NCBI RefSeq assembly: GCF_009914755.1
Contig: NC_060940.1
Source of the DNA: the human T2T-CHM13v2.0 reference genome, Homo sapiens
Strand: one strand, 5' to 3'
Length of the DNA: 64,000 bases
Shown: in pieces, positions 44,301-57,900 of the stretch
Layout: each line of letters starts with the position of its first letter
How positions within the stretch are numbered: position 1 is the first letter of the stretch
Position numbers and translations under genes: made by a program
Notes under the pieces: generated by a model
Database searches by the model: none
What the model was told of the DNA's origin: nothing
The model's input: the letters and a program-made list of their open reading frames with translations, nothing else

Positions 44301-47300
44301 TTGAATGGAATTGAACACAATCAACATAGAATGGAATTGAATGGAATCATCATCGAATAGAATCAAATTGAATCATCGAATAGAATTGAATAGAGTCATC
44401 GTCAGGTTTAATCGAGTGGAATGATCTAATTGAATCTAGTGGAATCATTGTCGATTGGAATGGAATGGAATCAATGAATGGAAATGAATGGAATCACCAA
44501 TTAATGGAATTGAATGGAATCATCATCGAATGGAATTGAATGAAATCATTGAATGGACTAGAATGCAATCATCATTGAATGGAATCACATGGAATCATCA
44601 TCGAATGGAATCATATGGAATCATCATCAATTGGAATTGAATGGAATGAAAAATTGGACTTGAAAGGAATCACCAAATGTACTCGAATGGAAGCATCAAA
44701 TGGACTCGAATGGAATCATCATTGAATTGAATCGTATGGAATCATCGAATGGACTCGAATGGAATCATCTAATGGACTAGAATGGAATAATCATCGAATA
44801 GAATTGAATGGAATCATGGAATGGACTCGAATGGAATCATCATCAGATGGAATCGAATGGAATCATTGAATAGTATCGAATGTAACCATCATAAAATAAA
44901 ATTGCATTGAATCTTCGAATGGACACGAATGGAGTCACCATCGAATGGAATCGAATGGAATCATCGAATGGACTCGAATGGAATAATCATCAAATGGAAT
45001 GGAAAGGAATAATCAAAAAGAAATCAATGGAATCATCATTGAATGAAATCAAATGGAATAATCGAATGGCACCGAATGGAATCATCATCGAATGGAATCA
45101 AATGGAATCATCTAACGGACTCGAATGGAATAATCATCAATTGGAATCGAATGGAAATATCGAATGGACACAAATGGAATCATCACTGAATGGAATAGAA
45201 TGGAATCATCATCAAATGGCATCGAATAGAATCATCGTCGAATGGAATTGAATGGAATCATTGAAGGGAATAGAATGGAATCATCATCGAATGGACTCAA
45301 ATGGAATCATCAAAAGAAATCAAATGGAATCATCATCGAATGGACTACAATGGAATCATCATCGAATGGAATCCAATGGAATCATCATCGAATGTAACTG
45401 AATGAAATCATCATTGAAAGGAATCGAATGGATTCATCATCAAATGGAACCGAACAGAGTCATCATTGAATGGAATTGAATGGAATCATAATCAAATGGA
45501 ATCGAATGGAATCATCAAATGAACTCGAATGCAGTCATCGACTGGGCTTCAATGGAATCATCATGGAATGGAATCGAATGGAATCATCAAATTGACGCAA
45601 ATGGAATCATAATCAAATAAAATCAAATGTAATTATCGAATTGACACCAATGGAATCATCATTGAATGGAATCGAATGAAATCATCATCGAATGGAATCC
45701 AATGGAATCATCAAATGGAATAAAATGGAGTCATCATCGAATGACATCGAATGGAAACATCGATTGGATTAGAATGGAGTCATCATCGAATGGAAACGAA
45801 CAGAATCATCGAATGAAATCAAATGGAATCATCATCGAATGGAGTCGAATGAAATCATCATCGAAAGGAATCCAATGGAAACACGAATGAAGGGAATCAG
45901 ATGGAATCATCATCGAATGGAATCAAATGGAATCATGAAGGAATGGAATAGAATGGAATCATCGAATGGACTCGAATGGAATCACTATCAAATGGAAACG
46001 AATGGAATCGAATGGAATCATTGAATGGACTCGAATGGAATCATCATCAAATGGAATAGGATGGTATCATCGAATGGACCCAAATGGAATCATCGAATGG
46101 ACGCGGATGGAATCATCGAATGGAATCAAACAGAATCATCAACGAATGGAATCGAATGGAATCATAGAATGGAATCCAATGTAGTCATCTTTGAATTGAA
46201 CCCAACAGAATCATGAAATGGACTCGAATGGAATCATCAAATGGGCTTAAATGGAGACATCATCGAATGGAATAGAATGGAATCATCAAATGCAATTGAA
46301 TTGAATCATCGAATGTACTTGAATGGAATCATCATCAAATGGAATCAAATGGAATCATGGAATGGACTCGAATGGAATCATCATCGAATGGAATTGAAGG
46401 GAATCATCAAATGGACTTGAATGGAATCATTGAATGGAATCAAATGGAATCATCATTGAATGAAATTGAATGGAATCATTGAATTTACTCGAATGGAATA
46501 ATCATCAATTGGAACCAAATGGAATCATCGAATGGAATCGAATGGAATCATCATTGAATGGAATCGCATGGATTCATCTTCGAATGGAATCAAATGAAAT
46601 CATCATTGAATGGAACCTAATGGAATCATCATGTAATGGAACCGAATGGAATCATCAACGAATGGAATCAAATGGAGAAATCGAGTAGAATCCTTTGGAA
46701 TCATCATCGAATGGAACCGAATGCAGTCGTCATCAAATGGAATCAAATGGAATCATCAGCGAATGGAATCGAAAGGAATCATCATGGAATAGAATCAAAT
46801 GGAATCATCGAATGGAAGGGAATGGAATCATCATGGAAAGGAATCAAAGGGAATCATTGAATAGAATCGAACGGAAACATTGAATGGAATCAAAGGGAAT
46901 GATCATCGAATGGACTCAAATGGAATTATCAAAAGGAATCGAATGGAATCATCGATTGGACTCTAATGGAATAATCGGATGGACTCCAATGTAATCATCA
47001 AATGTAATCGCATGGAATAATTGAATGGACTCTAATGGAATCATCATCAAATGAAATTGGATGGAATCAACAAAGGGACTCGAATGGAATGATCGAATGG
47101 ACTCGAACGGAATCATCATTGAATGGAATTCAATGAAATCATCGAATGGACTCAAATGGAATCATCATCGAATGGAGTCGAATAGGATCATCATGAAATG
47201 GAATCGAATTGGTTCATCATCAAAAGAAATCCAATGGATTCACTGAATGGATTCGAATGTAATGATCAAATGGACTCGAATGGAATCATCAAATGGAATC

Positions 47301-50300
47301 GAATGGAATAATCGACTGGACTCGAATGGAATTATCGAATAGACTTGAATGGAGTCATCAAATGGATTTTAATGGATTCATAAAATGGAATCATATGGAA
47401 TCATCAAATGGACTCGAATGTAATCATTGCATGGACTTGAATGAAGTCATCGAATGGATTCGAATGGAATTATCATCCAATGGAATTGATTGGAATCCTC
47501 GAATAGAATCAGATGGAATCATCAAATAGAATCAAAATGAATCATCATCGAATGGAAACGAATGGAATCATAGAATGGAATCGAAGGCAATCATGATAGA
47601 ATGGAATCAAATGGAATCATAGAATGGAATCAAATGGAATCATCATCAAGTGGAATCGAGTGGAATCATCGAATGGAATCGAATGGAATCACTGTCAAAT
47701 GGAATGGAATTGAATCAATGAATGGAAATGTATGGAATCACCAATGAATGGAATAGAATGGAATAATCATTGAATGGAATCGAAAGGAATCATCGAATGG
47801 ACTCGAAGAGTATCATCATCAAATGGAATCGTGTGGAATCATCTAATGGGCACGAATAGAATCATCATTGAATGGAATCAAATGGAATCATCTAATGTAC
47901 TCGAATGGAATCATCATTGAATGGAATAGAATGGAAACATCAAATGGAATCGAATGGAATCATCATCGTATGGAATCGAGTGGAATCAACAAATGGACTC
48001 GAATGTAATCATCGGAGAATGGAATCAAATAGAATCATCAAATGGACTCGAATGGAATCATCATCAAATGGACTCGAATGGAATCAAGGAATGGACTTGA
48101 ATTGAATGACCATTGAATGGAATCGAATGGAATCATCATCGAATGAAATCGAATGGAATCATTGAATGGACTCGAATGCCATCATCATTGAATGGAATCG
48201 AATGTAATCGAATGTAAGCATTGAATGGACTCGAATGGAATCATCATTGAATGAAATTGAAAGGAATCATCTAACAGAATCGAATGGAACCATCAAACGG
48301 CATCGAATGGTATCATCATTGAATGGAATCATCGAATGGAATCGAATGGAATCATTATCAAATGAAATTGATGGGAATCATCAAATGGCATCAAAAGGAA
48401 TCATCATCCAATGGAATCAAATGGATTCATCTAACGGACTCATTTGGAATCATCATTCAATAGAATTAAGTGGAATCATCGAATGGACATGAATGGAATC
48501 GTTATCAAATGGAATCAAATGGAATCATCATCAAATGGAGTCGAATAGAATCATCATAGAATGGAATGGAATGGAGTCATCTAATGGAATAGAATGGAAT
48601 CATCATCGAATGGAATCAAATAGAATCATCTAACGAAATCAAATGGAAGCATCATCGAATGGAATCGAAAGGAATCATGATCGAATGGAATTGAACGGAA
48701 TCATCATCAAATGGAATCGAATGGAATCATTCAATGGAATTGAATGGAATCATCATCGAATGAAATGAAATGGAATCATCGAATGGACTCGAATGGAATC
48801 ATCATTGAATGGAATCGAATACAATCATCGAATGGACTTGAATGGAATCATCATCGAATGGACTCAAAAAGAATTATCAAATGGACTCGAATTGAATCAT
48901 CATCGAATGAACTCAAATGGAATGATCGAATGGACTCGAATGGAATCATGGATTGGACTCAAATGGAATTATCAAATGTGCTCGAATGGAAACATTGAAT
49001 GGACTCGAATGGAATCATTATCAAATGGAATCAAATGGAATAATCGAATGGATTCGAATGGAATCATCTAACGTAATCGATCACAATCATTATCGAATGG
49101 AATCAAATGTAATGATCAAATGGAATCGAATGAAGTCATCATCGAATGGAATCGAATGGAATCATCATCGAATAGAATTGAATGGAATCATCGAATGGAA
49201 TCGAAAGGAATCATCCTCAAATGTAATCGAATGGAATCAGTGAATGGAATCAAATGGAATAATCGAATGGAATTGAATGGAATCAGCATCGAATGATATC
49301 GAATGGAATCATCATCGAATAGAATTGAATGGAATCATTGAATGGAATCATCATCAAATGGAGTCAAATGGAATCATCAAATGGACTCGAATGGAATCAT
49401 CATAGAATGGAATTGAATGGAATCATCGAGTGAAATCAAATGGATTCATTACTGAATGGGATCGAATGGTATCATGGAATGCACTTAAATGGAATCAGCA
49501 ACGAATGGTATCGAATGGTATCATTGAATGGAATTGAATGGAATCATCTTCAATAGGAATCAAAAGGAATCACCGAATGGACTCGAATGGAATAAACATC
49601 GAAAGGAATCAAAAGGAATCATTGAATGGAATCGAATGGAATCATCATCAAGTGGAATCGAATGGAATCATCGAATGGAATCAAATGGAATCATCATCGA
49701 ATGGAATACAATGGAATCATCATGGAATGGAATCCAACGGAATCATCATCGAATGTAACTGAATGATAACATCATTGAAAGGAATCGAATGGATTCATCA
49801 TCAAATGGAACCGAACGGAGTCATCATCGAATAGAATCGCATGGAATCATCATCGAATGGAATCGAATGGAATCATCATCAAACGGATTTGAATGGAATC
49901 GTTGAATGGAATTGAATGGAATCATCATCAAATGAATTGAATGGAATCATCAAATGGTCTCGAATGGATCATTATCAAATGGAATTGAATGGAATCACCA
50001 AATAGAATCGAATGGAATAATCATCAAATGGATTCAAATGGAATTATCATCAAATGGAATTGAATGGAATTATCAAATGGAATTGAATAGAATCATCAAA
50101 TGGACTCGAATGGAATCATTGAATGGAATGGAATGGAATAATCAATAAACTCGATTGGAATCATCATTGAATGGAATTGAATGGAATCATAGAGAGGAAT
50201 AAAATGGAATAATCATCAAATGGATTCATACGGAATCATAATCGAACGGAATTCAAAGGAATCATCATCGAAGGGAATCGAATGCAACAATCGAATGGAA

Positions 50301-53300
50301 TCTAATAGAATCATCATCGAATGGAATCGACCGGAATCATCGAATGGAATAGAAGAGAATCATCATTGAATGGAATCGAATGGAATCATCAATGAATGGA
50401 ATCGAATGGAATAATCAGCGAATGGATTCATACGGAATCATCATCGAATGGAATTGAATGGAATCATCTTCGAATGGAATTGAATGGAATCATGATCAAA
50501 TGGAATCAAATGGAATCATCATTGAATGGAATCGAAAAGAATCATCATCAATTGGAGTTGAATGGAATCGTCATCAAATGGAATCTAAAGGAATTATCAT
50601 CAAATGGAACCGAATGGAATCATCATCGAATGGAAACGAAAGGTGTCATCATCGAATGGAATTGCATGGAATCATCATCTAATGGAATCGAATGGAATCA
50701 TCATTAAATGGAATCTAATGGAATCATCAAATGGAATTGAATGGAATCATCATCGAATGAATTGAATGGAATCATCGAAAGGTCTCGAATGGAATCATCT
50801 TCAAATGGAAACGAATGGAATAATCGCATAGAATAGAATGGAATTATCATCGAATGGACTCCAATGGAATCAACATCAAACAGAATCAAATGGAATTATT
50901 GAATGGAATCGAAGAGAATCTTCGAATGGACTCGAATGGAATCATCTTCAAATGGTATCGAATGGAATAATCACATAGAATCGAATGGAATTATCATCGA
51001 ATGGACTCCAATGGAATGAACATCAAACGGAATCAAACGGAATTATCAAATGGAATCGAAGAGAATCTTTGAATGGACTCGAATGGAATCATCGAATGGA
51101 ATGGAATGGAATAATCCATGGACACGAATGCAATCATCATGGAATGGAATCGAATGGAATCATCGATTGGACCCGAATGGAATAATCATCGAATGGAATT
51201 GAATGGAATCATCATCGGATGGAAACGAATGCAATCATCATCGAATGGAATCGAATGGAATCATCATCGGATGGAAACAAATCGAATCATCATCGAATGG
51301 ATTCGAATGGAATCATCAAATGGAATCAGATGGAATCATCATTGAATGGAATCGAATAGAATTATGGAATGAAATCAAATGTGATCATCATCGAATGGAC
51401 TTGAATGGAATCATCATCCAATGGAAACTAATGGAATCAACATCGAATAGAATCGAATGGAAACACCATTGAATTGAAACGAATGGAATTATCATGAAAT
51501 TGAAATGGATGGACTCATTCAATGATTCGAATGGAATCATTGAATGGAATTGATTGGAATCATCAAATGGTATCGAATGGAATCATTGGATGGAATCGAA
51601 TGGAATCAACATCGGACCGAAATGAATGGAATCATCATACAATGGAATTGACTGGATTCATTGAATGGAATCAGATGGAATCACTGAATGGACTTGAATG
51701 GAATCATCAAATGGACTCGAATGGAATCGTTATTGAATGGAATTGAATGGAGTCCTCGAATGGTCTTGAATGGAATCATCATCGAATGGAATCTAATTTA
51801 ATCATCAAATGGAATCGAATGGTATCATCATCTCATGGAATTGAATAGAATTGGCATATAATAGAGTCGAATGGAATCATCATCAATGCAATCGAATGGA
51901 ATTTTCTTCAAATGGAATCGAATGGAAACATGACCGATTAGAATCAAATGGGATCATCGAATGAAACTGAATGGAATCATCATCAAAACTAATCAAAATA
52001 AAACAAAGAATGGTATCCAATGGAATCATCGAATGGAATCAAATGGAATCATCATTGAATAGACTCAAAAGGTGTCATCATCGAATGGAATAAAATGGAA
52101 TGATTTAAATGACTCGAATGGAATCATTGAATGGACTCGAATGGAATCATCAAATGGAATCTAATGTAATCATCATCGAATGAAATCAAATGCAATCTTC
52201 TAATCGAATGGAATGGAATCATCATCGAATGGAATCGAATGAAATCATGGAATGCACTCGAATGGAATCATTGAATGGACTCAAATGGAATCAACATTGA
52301 GTGGAATTGAAAGAAAACATCAAATGGAGTTGAATGGAATAACCTAATGGAATCACCATCGACTGAAACAGATGGAATCATCGAATGGACCCGAAAGGAA
52401 TCATCATCGAATGCAATCAAATGGAATCATCGAATGGAATACAATGGAATCATCATCGACTGGCATCGAATGGAATCATCATCAAATGGAATCAAATGGA
52501 ATCACCATCAAATGTAATCGAATGGAACCATCAATGAATGGAATCGAATGGAGTGATCGAATGGAGTCCGTTAGAATTATCATCTAATGGAACCGAATGC
52601 AGTCATCATCTAATGGAATCAAAAGGAATCATTGAATGGACTTAATGGAATCATCGTCGCATGGAATCAAATGGAATCATCGAATGGACTCAAATGGAAT
52701 CATCATCGAACGGAATCGAATGGAATCATCGATTGGACACTAATGGAATCACCATCGAATGGAATCTTTCAATGGAATCGAATAGAATTATCATTCAATA
52801 GAATCGAATTGGATCATCATCGAATGGAATCTAATGAAATCATCATGGAATGGAATCAAGTGGAGTCATCATCTAATGGAATTTAATGGAATCAGCAAGG
52901 AATGGAATCGAATGGAGAAATCGAATGGAATATGTTGGAATCATCATTGAATGGAACTGAATGCAGTCATCATAGAATGGAATCCAATGGAATCAATGAA
53001 GGGACTCGAATTGTGTCATCATTGAATGGAATCAGATGGAATCATCGAGTGGACTCGAATGGAAACATCATCGTATGGAATCAAATGGAATCCTCGAATG
53101 GACTCTGATGGAATCATCATCGAATGGAATCGAATGGAATCAAATTGAATCATCGAATGGACTCTAATGGAATCATCATTGAATGGAATCGAATGGAATC
53201 ATCAAATGGACTCGAATGGAATCATTGAATGGACTCGAATGCAATCATCATTGAATGGAATCGAGTGGAATCCTCGAATGGAATCAAATGGAATCATCAA

Positions 53301-53311
53301 ATGGAATCGAA
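23319..53311. repeat. Human Satellite 2 (HSATII) array, ~30 kb, diverged
   Basis: Continuous 23/26-bp units of type GAATGGAATCGAATGGAATCATC(ATC) with GGACTC variants (reverse complement CATTCGATTC), rather than the simple (GGAAT)n of HSat3. One strand orientation throughout and sharp ends. Confidence 0.95.
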
Positions 53312-53349
53312 CAGATTTATAAGAAACTTAGTTGAACCAAAAAATAGAA

Positions 53350-53700
53350 AAACAAACAAACCAAAACCCCCTAAAACTGTGATGAGCAAAGTAGACATCA
53401 GAACAGGAAATATCACTGGGGATGAAGAATAACATTTCAAATGACAAAGGGGATAATACACCAAGAAGTCATGTAAATAAGAAATATGTATGCACACAAT
53501 AGCATTACTTCAAAATACATAATATTAAACCTATTAAAACTGAAAGGTAAAATAGTAAAACCACAGTCATCCCTGGGGATTTCAGCAGTCTCCTGCCAGA
53601 AATTTTTAAATTTTGTTAAACGAAAAGTTGGTAAGGATAGAGAGGATCTTATAAATATAATTAGCCAACTTGATCTAACTGAATCTTTTAGAATAATCTA
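53350..53700 (+). mobile_element. Old L1 (L1M) ORF2 endonuclease remnant abutting the satellite
   Basis: Translations KVDIRTGNITGDEE, MYAHNSITSKYI..LLKLKGKI and KVGKDREDLINIISQLDL match L1 endonuclease motifs; frameshifted. Confidence 0.78.
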
Positions 53701-54201
53701 AGGATGAGGAATGAGGTAGCAGAGAAAGAAAAGGCAGACATCAACGTGACATTAGTGTTTCAAGGCTATGAGAATACACCAATAATGGTGTGTGTGGGTG
53801 TGTGTGCAGACAGTAAGTTCAATCTTAAAAATATTGAGTTTTAACTGACAATTCATTATTAGGAAAGATAAGAGGAAATGATATCTAGTGAGAGGCTATA
53901 TGACGGAACTCTAAGAGAAAGGTCACAGCAGAAATTGTGTACTTGACAGCTCTATAAGGAGGTGAGTCGAAAATAAGTCAGTGATGAATTCTCTGGTGTA
54001 AAAGCAGAGGAATGAGGATTAGATTTAAAACCCATGGAAGCAGAGTGACTTATGATAAAAACATGAGCTTGAAAATCTTGCAGCGAGGGCTTTAAATCCT
54101 GGGTATGATATTCTGCTTGTTTAGGCAATAGTGATAAAAACACAACAACAAAGAGAGGTAAAGAGCACTTTCCTTTGATATAAGTAAAGGGCACGTCTTA
54201 T

Positions 54202-54360
54202 TGCACATATATATATATATATATATACACACGTGTATATATACACGTGTATATATATATACACATATATATACACGTGTATATATATGTGTATATATAT
54301 ATATACACGTGTATATATATATACATATATATATATACACACGTATATATATATATGTAT
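54202..54360. repeat. Alternating purine-pyrimidine microsatellite (TA/CA/CG/TG)
   Basis: 159 bp of unbroken RY alternation. Confidence 0.95.
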
Positions 54361-54488
54361 TCAACTGAGATTCAACATGTTTCTCTCATTGAAACAGCAA
54401 GCTCTCCAGGCCTTCATGTTCCCAGTGAGGTAGGTAAACTTCTGATGATTATACTCACCCTCCCTCATTGCAAAGCTCCCATTGTTAT

Positions 54489-54945
54489 TGTCTTGGCTCT
54501 GGATTCCCTCAAACATAGACTATGAAACAAATATATGGGGTCAGATACTTTAATCAGAAATTGAGTGAGAAAGCACAGAAGTGGAGAAAATGAAACAGAA
54601 CACGAAGCCAGTGTGAATGAATAATTACTGCTATGTGCTCAATAATGATGGAGGTATGGAGATTGTGTCAAAGTAACTTTACAAAGAGATGGGGATGCTG
54701 GAATCCCCATCTCTTATTGCTTAAGGATTGCCTTAGAATAATTAACTCCCCACCCCTAACTCCTTCTTTGTTCCTATGTGTGGTTGAGAAGCACTGGTTA
54801 GCCTCAAGAAGCTTGCAGGCAGGCCCAAAAATCAGAAAGAGAGGCATGATGTAGGGAACTCTCAGTTAGCTGGAAACAGGTGAATTCCACGTGAACACAT
54901 TGAGTCCAGGACATACAAGACAAGTCATCAGCAATATCTGCTATA
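54489..54945 (-). mobile_element. ERVL-type LTR (LTR33-like)
   Basis: TGTCTTGG..TGGATTCCCTCA.A.ATAGACT.TGAAACAA...ATCTGCTATA resembles the reverse-strand LTR33 consensus as recalled. Confidence 0.55.
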
Positions 54946-54984
54946 GCCAGTATTCTTTTTCTTTTTAAGAACATATATACTTTC

Positions 54985-55605
54985 TGTTGGGGGTCCCCAA
55001 GTCCCCCTTTGGTTTAATGATTCACATAACTCAAGAAAGCTGATTTTTTCTGTGCTTATAGTTTCTAACAGTGAAATAAACCAGATTAAAACAATCAGAA
55101 GCATAAAAGCACATAAAGTTGAGTCCAGGACAAACCAGATATGAGCTTACAGGTGTCGTTTCATAGTGGGGACTTCACACTGACTAATTTTCTTTACAAT
55201 GGTGTGAGACAACATGTGTGAACTTCTTGCCAACTAGGGAAGCTCAGTCAGTCTTGAGTCCAGGGTTTTTATTAGGATTCCACCACATATGCATCGAGCG
55301 TCCCGTGACTGAACTTAGCTATTTAGTTCCCAACCTCCCTATGCCCTAAGAGAGGTCATATTAATATGGCATTACACAAAGTCATAGGCATACAGAAAAA
55401 GGTGCTCACAAGAAATCACGTTGTTAGCATCAGTTATTTGATATGACCTACGTTTTCAGGTATACAAAGATTCTCATCAGGCAGCATATACCAAGGGCTC
55501 ATAGGTTATCATCTCCCAGGAGATTCTCAAGGGACAGTCCTGAAGACCTTTGGAATGCGCAAGGTTTTGGAAAGCCATGTCTGCAGAATTAACCCTTCAT
55601 TACAC
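54985..55605 (-). mobile_element. MER21-like LTR (copy B)
   Basis: Paralog of 313-935. Confidence 0.55.
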
Positions 55606-55974
55606 AACCTCCAAGAACTTTTTTATCTTTAAAAATGTTTTTTGATCTTTGACAATGTACCAACCAATACTGAGTAATTAGTAACAACAGTGTACTCCTG
55701 AGTACTTGCACCTGCAAGGAGAAAAAGGACAGATGCACTTACATAGGAAAGATGCAAATAGACACCACTATGACAAGTAAAGCTACAATAATCAATAAAT
55801 TCCTAAAGACAAAGTGGGGCTGGTGAGATTGGGAGATGGCTGACAGCTGCAGAAGTTGGGAAAGATCCATCATCTTGAAAACTTTTTCCCCACAAACCCA
55901 CTGTGATCTCTCAAGCAATTGGTAAGGAATCCAAGAGAGTCTGTATATGACACAGATCAGGGAGAGCAGAACAC

Positions 55975-56254
55975 TTGGGAGGTGACGAGGTCTTGGGGGC
56001 CGAGCCCTTATGAATGGGATTAGTGCCTTTTTAAAAGAAGCTCAACGGAGTTCTTGTGTGCCTCCCACTATGTGACGACATAGAAAGAAGGCACCATCTA
56101 TGAACCATGAAATGGGCTCTCATCAACACTGAATTTGTAAGCATCTTGGCCTGAGAACTTACAGCCTCAAGAAGTGTGAAAAAAGAAATATCTGTTGTTT
56201 TTTAGTCACCCAGTTTATGTTCTTTTGTTATAAGAGTCCAAATAGACCAAGATA
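55975..56254 (+). mobile_element. MLT1A0-like LTR (copy B)
   Basis: Paralog of 1311-1590. Confidence 0.8.
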
Positions 56255-56511
56255 TTCCGCTTAATATGTAGGGGAAGACAACAAAAACGGCCACACTTAG
56301 AATACTCCTGATGCTGGGAGTATGAAAACAGGAAAAACAAGAAAAAACTGCTCTTGAAGGTGAAGGAGGACTATCACTGAGCTCACCAACACAGCCAGGA
56401 AAATAACAGAAGTGTGAGAAGGCTACATTCCTGAGACCCTGAGAAAAATTACCTGCATAAGACTGAGATCAAATTACCTACTCTAGTTATGATTGAAATC
56501 CCAAAAAGAAA

Positions 56512-57165
56512 AGAGGGAAAAATAATGGAGCAAAAGAAATATTTTTCAAAATAACTGCCAAAAATATTCTAAAATAAGTGATGGAAAATCCAACTTCAGA
56601 TATAGGAAACTCAGAGAATGTCAAATAGAACAAAAAGAAATAAGAATTACATCTTGAAAAATCTTTAAAATATCAAGTCTAAATTTTATATCTTGCTCCA
56701 AATATATAGAGATATAAATAGGTTATCATCACGATATGGAGAAAGCCATATCATGGAAACACTAAAATAAGGCTTTGGAAGGACTACACTGATATTAGAC
56801 ACAACAGAGTTTGGAACAAGAAATAGTATCAGAGATGAGAGATAATAGATAATAGAATAGTCAATTCTCAAGAAGATGTAAACATCCTACTAATTAGGGT
56901 ATGCAGCTAACAACAGAACCTCCAAGTACATGAGGCAAAACGGAAAGAAATCAAAGGTGAACTACAAAAATCCAAAATTATATTTGCAGACTTCAACACT
57001 TTTGTCTTAGTAATGGAAACACTAGGCACAAACTCAGTAATCATGTGGAAGATAAGAACAACAATATCACCAACAAGACATCCAATCTTCATTGGCAGAT
57101 ACTCTTTCCTTTCAAGTGAAAAAAAAAAAAAACAGTATGGCATATTCTTTAACAAACCCAGAATT
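56512..57165 (+). mobile_element. L1M remnant (copy B)
   Basis: Paralog of 1850-2500; GCAGACTTCAACACT retains the DFNT motif. Confidence 0.7.
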
Positions 57166-57178
57166 TCTAATATTTGCG

Positions 57179-57815
57179 TTTTTCCTTCTTTCTTTCCATC
57201 TTCCTTTCTCTTCTCTTCCCTTCCCTTACCTTCTTCCTTCCTTTCTTCTTTTCCTCTTCCTTTTCTTTTCTTTTTTGTTTTCCTTTCTTTCTTTTCTTTC
57301 TTTTTTCTCCTTCCTTCCTTCTTTCCTTTTCTTTCTTTCCTCTTATTCTTCCTTCCCTCCTCCCTCTCTTCATTTCTCCCTCCCTTTTCTTCCTTCTTTT
57401 CTCATATTCTTTCTTTCTTTCTCACGTTCGTCCTTTCTTTCCTTTTTTCTCCCTTCCTCCCGCCCTCCTTTTCTTCTTTCCTCCCTCCCTTCCTTTCCTC
57501 TTTTTCCTTCCTTCCTTTGCCTCTTTATTTTCTTTGTCTCTTTTCCTTCCTCCCTTTTACCATTCTCTCTTCCTCCTTTCCTTCCTCCCTTCCTCCTTTC
57601 TTTCTTTCTTTCTCTCTGTCTTTCTCTTTCTTTCTTTCTTTCTTTCTTGTGTTCATTCTTTCTTTTTTCTCCCTTCCTGCCTTTCTCCCTTCCCTCCCTC
57701 CCTTCCTTCCCTCATTTCCTCCTTCATTTCTTTCTTCTTTCTTTCTTTGTTTCCTTCCTTCCTTCTTTCCTTCCTTCTTTTTCTTTCTTTGTTTTCTTTT
57801 CTTTCTTTCTCTTTA
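57179..57815 (+). repeat. Compound polypyrimidine microsatellite (copy B)
   Basis: ~640 bp C/T tract, paralog of 2512-3245. Confidence 0.97.
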
Positions 57816-57900
57816 CTACAATTCATAATATTTTAAAAAATTAAGAGAGGGAGACAGAAAAATAAAGAATGCTTTAATCTGCAGGTAAACAGATTATGTC

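Noticed and set aside
23319-53311. CRISPR-like or telomeric array
   Set aside because: No constant repeat with unique spacers, no cas genes and no TTAGGG; it is primate satellite DNA.
24235-53432. More than a hundred short ORFs of the MESNGIIEWN type
   Set aside because: Direct translations of HSat2 units in all frames, with frequent stops and no gene structure.
54092-54525. Y/I-rich ORFs
   Set aside because: Translations of the TA/CA microsatellite.
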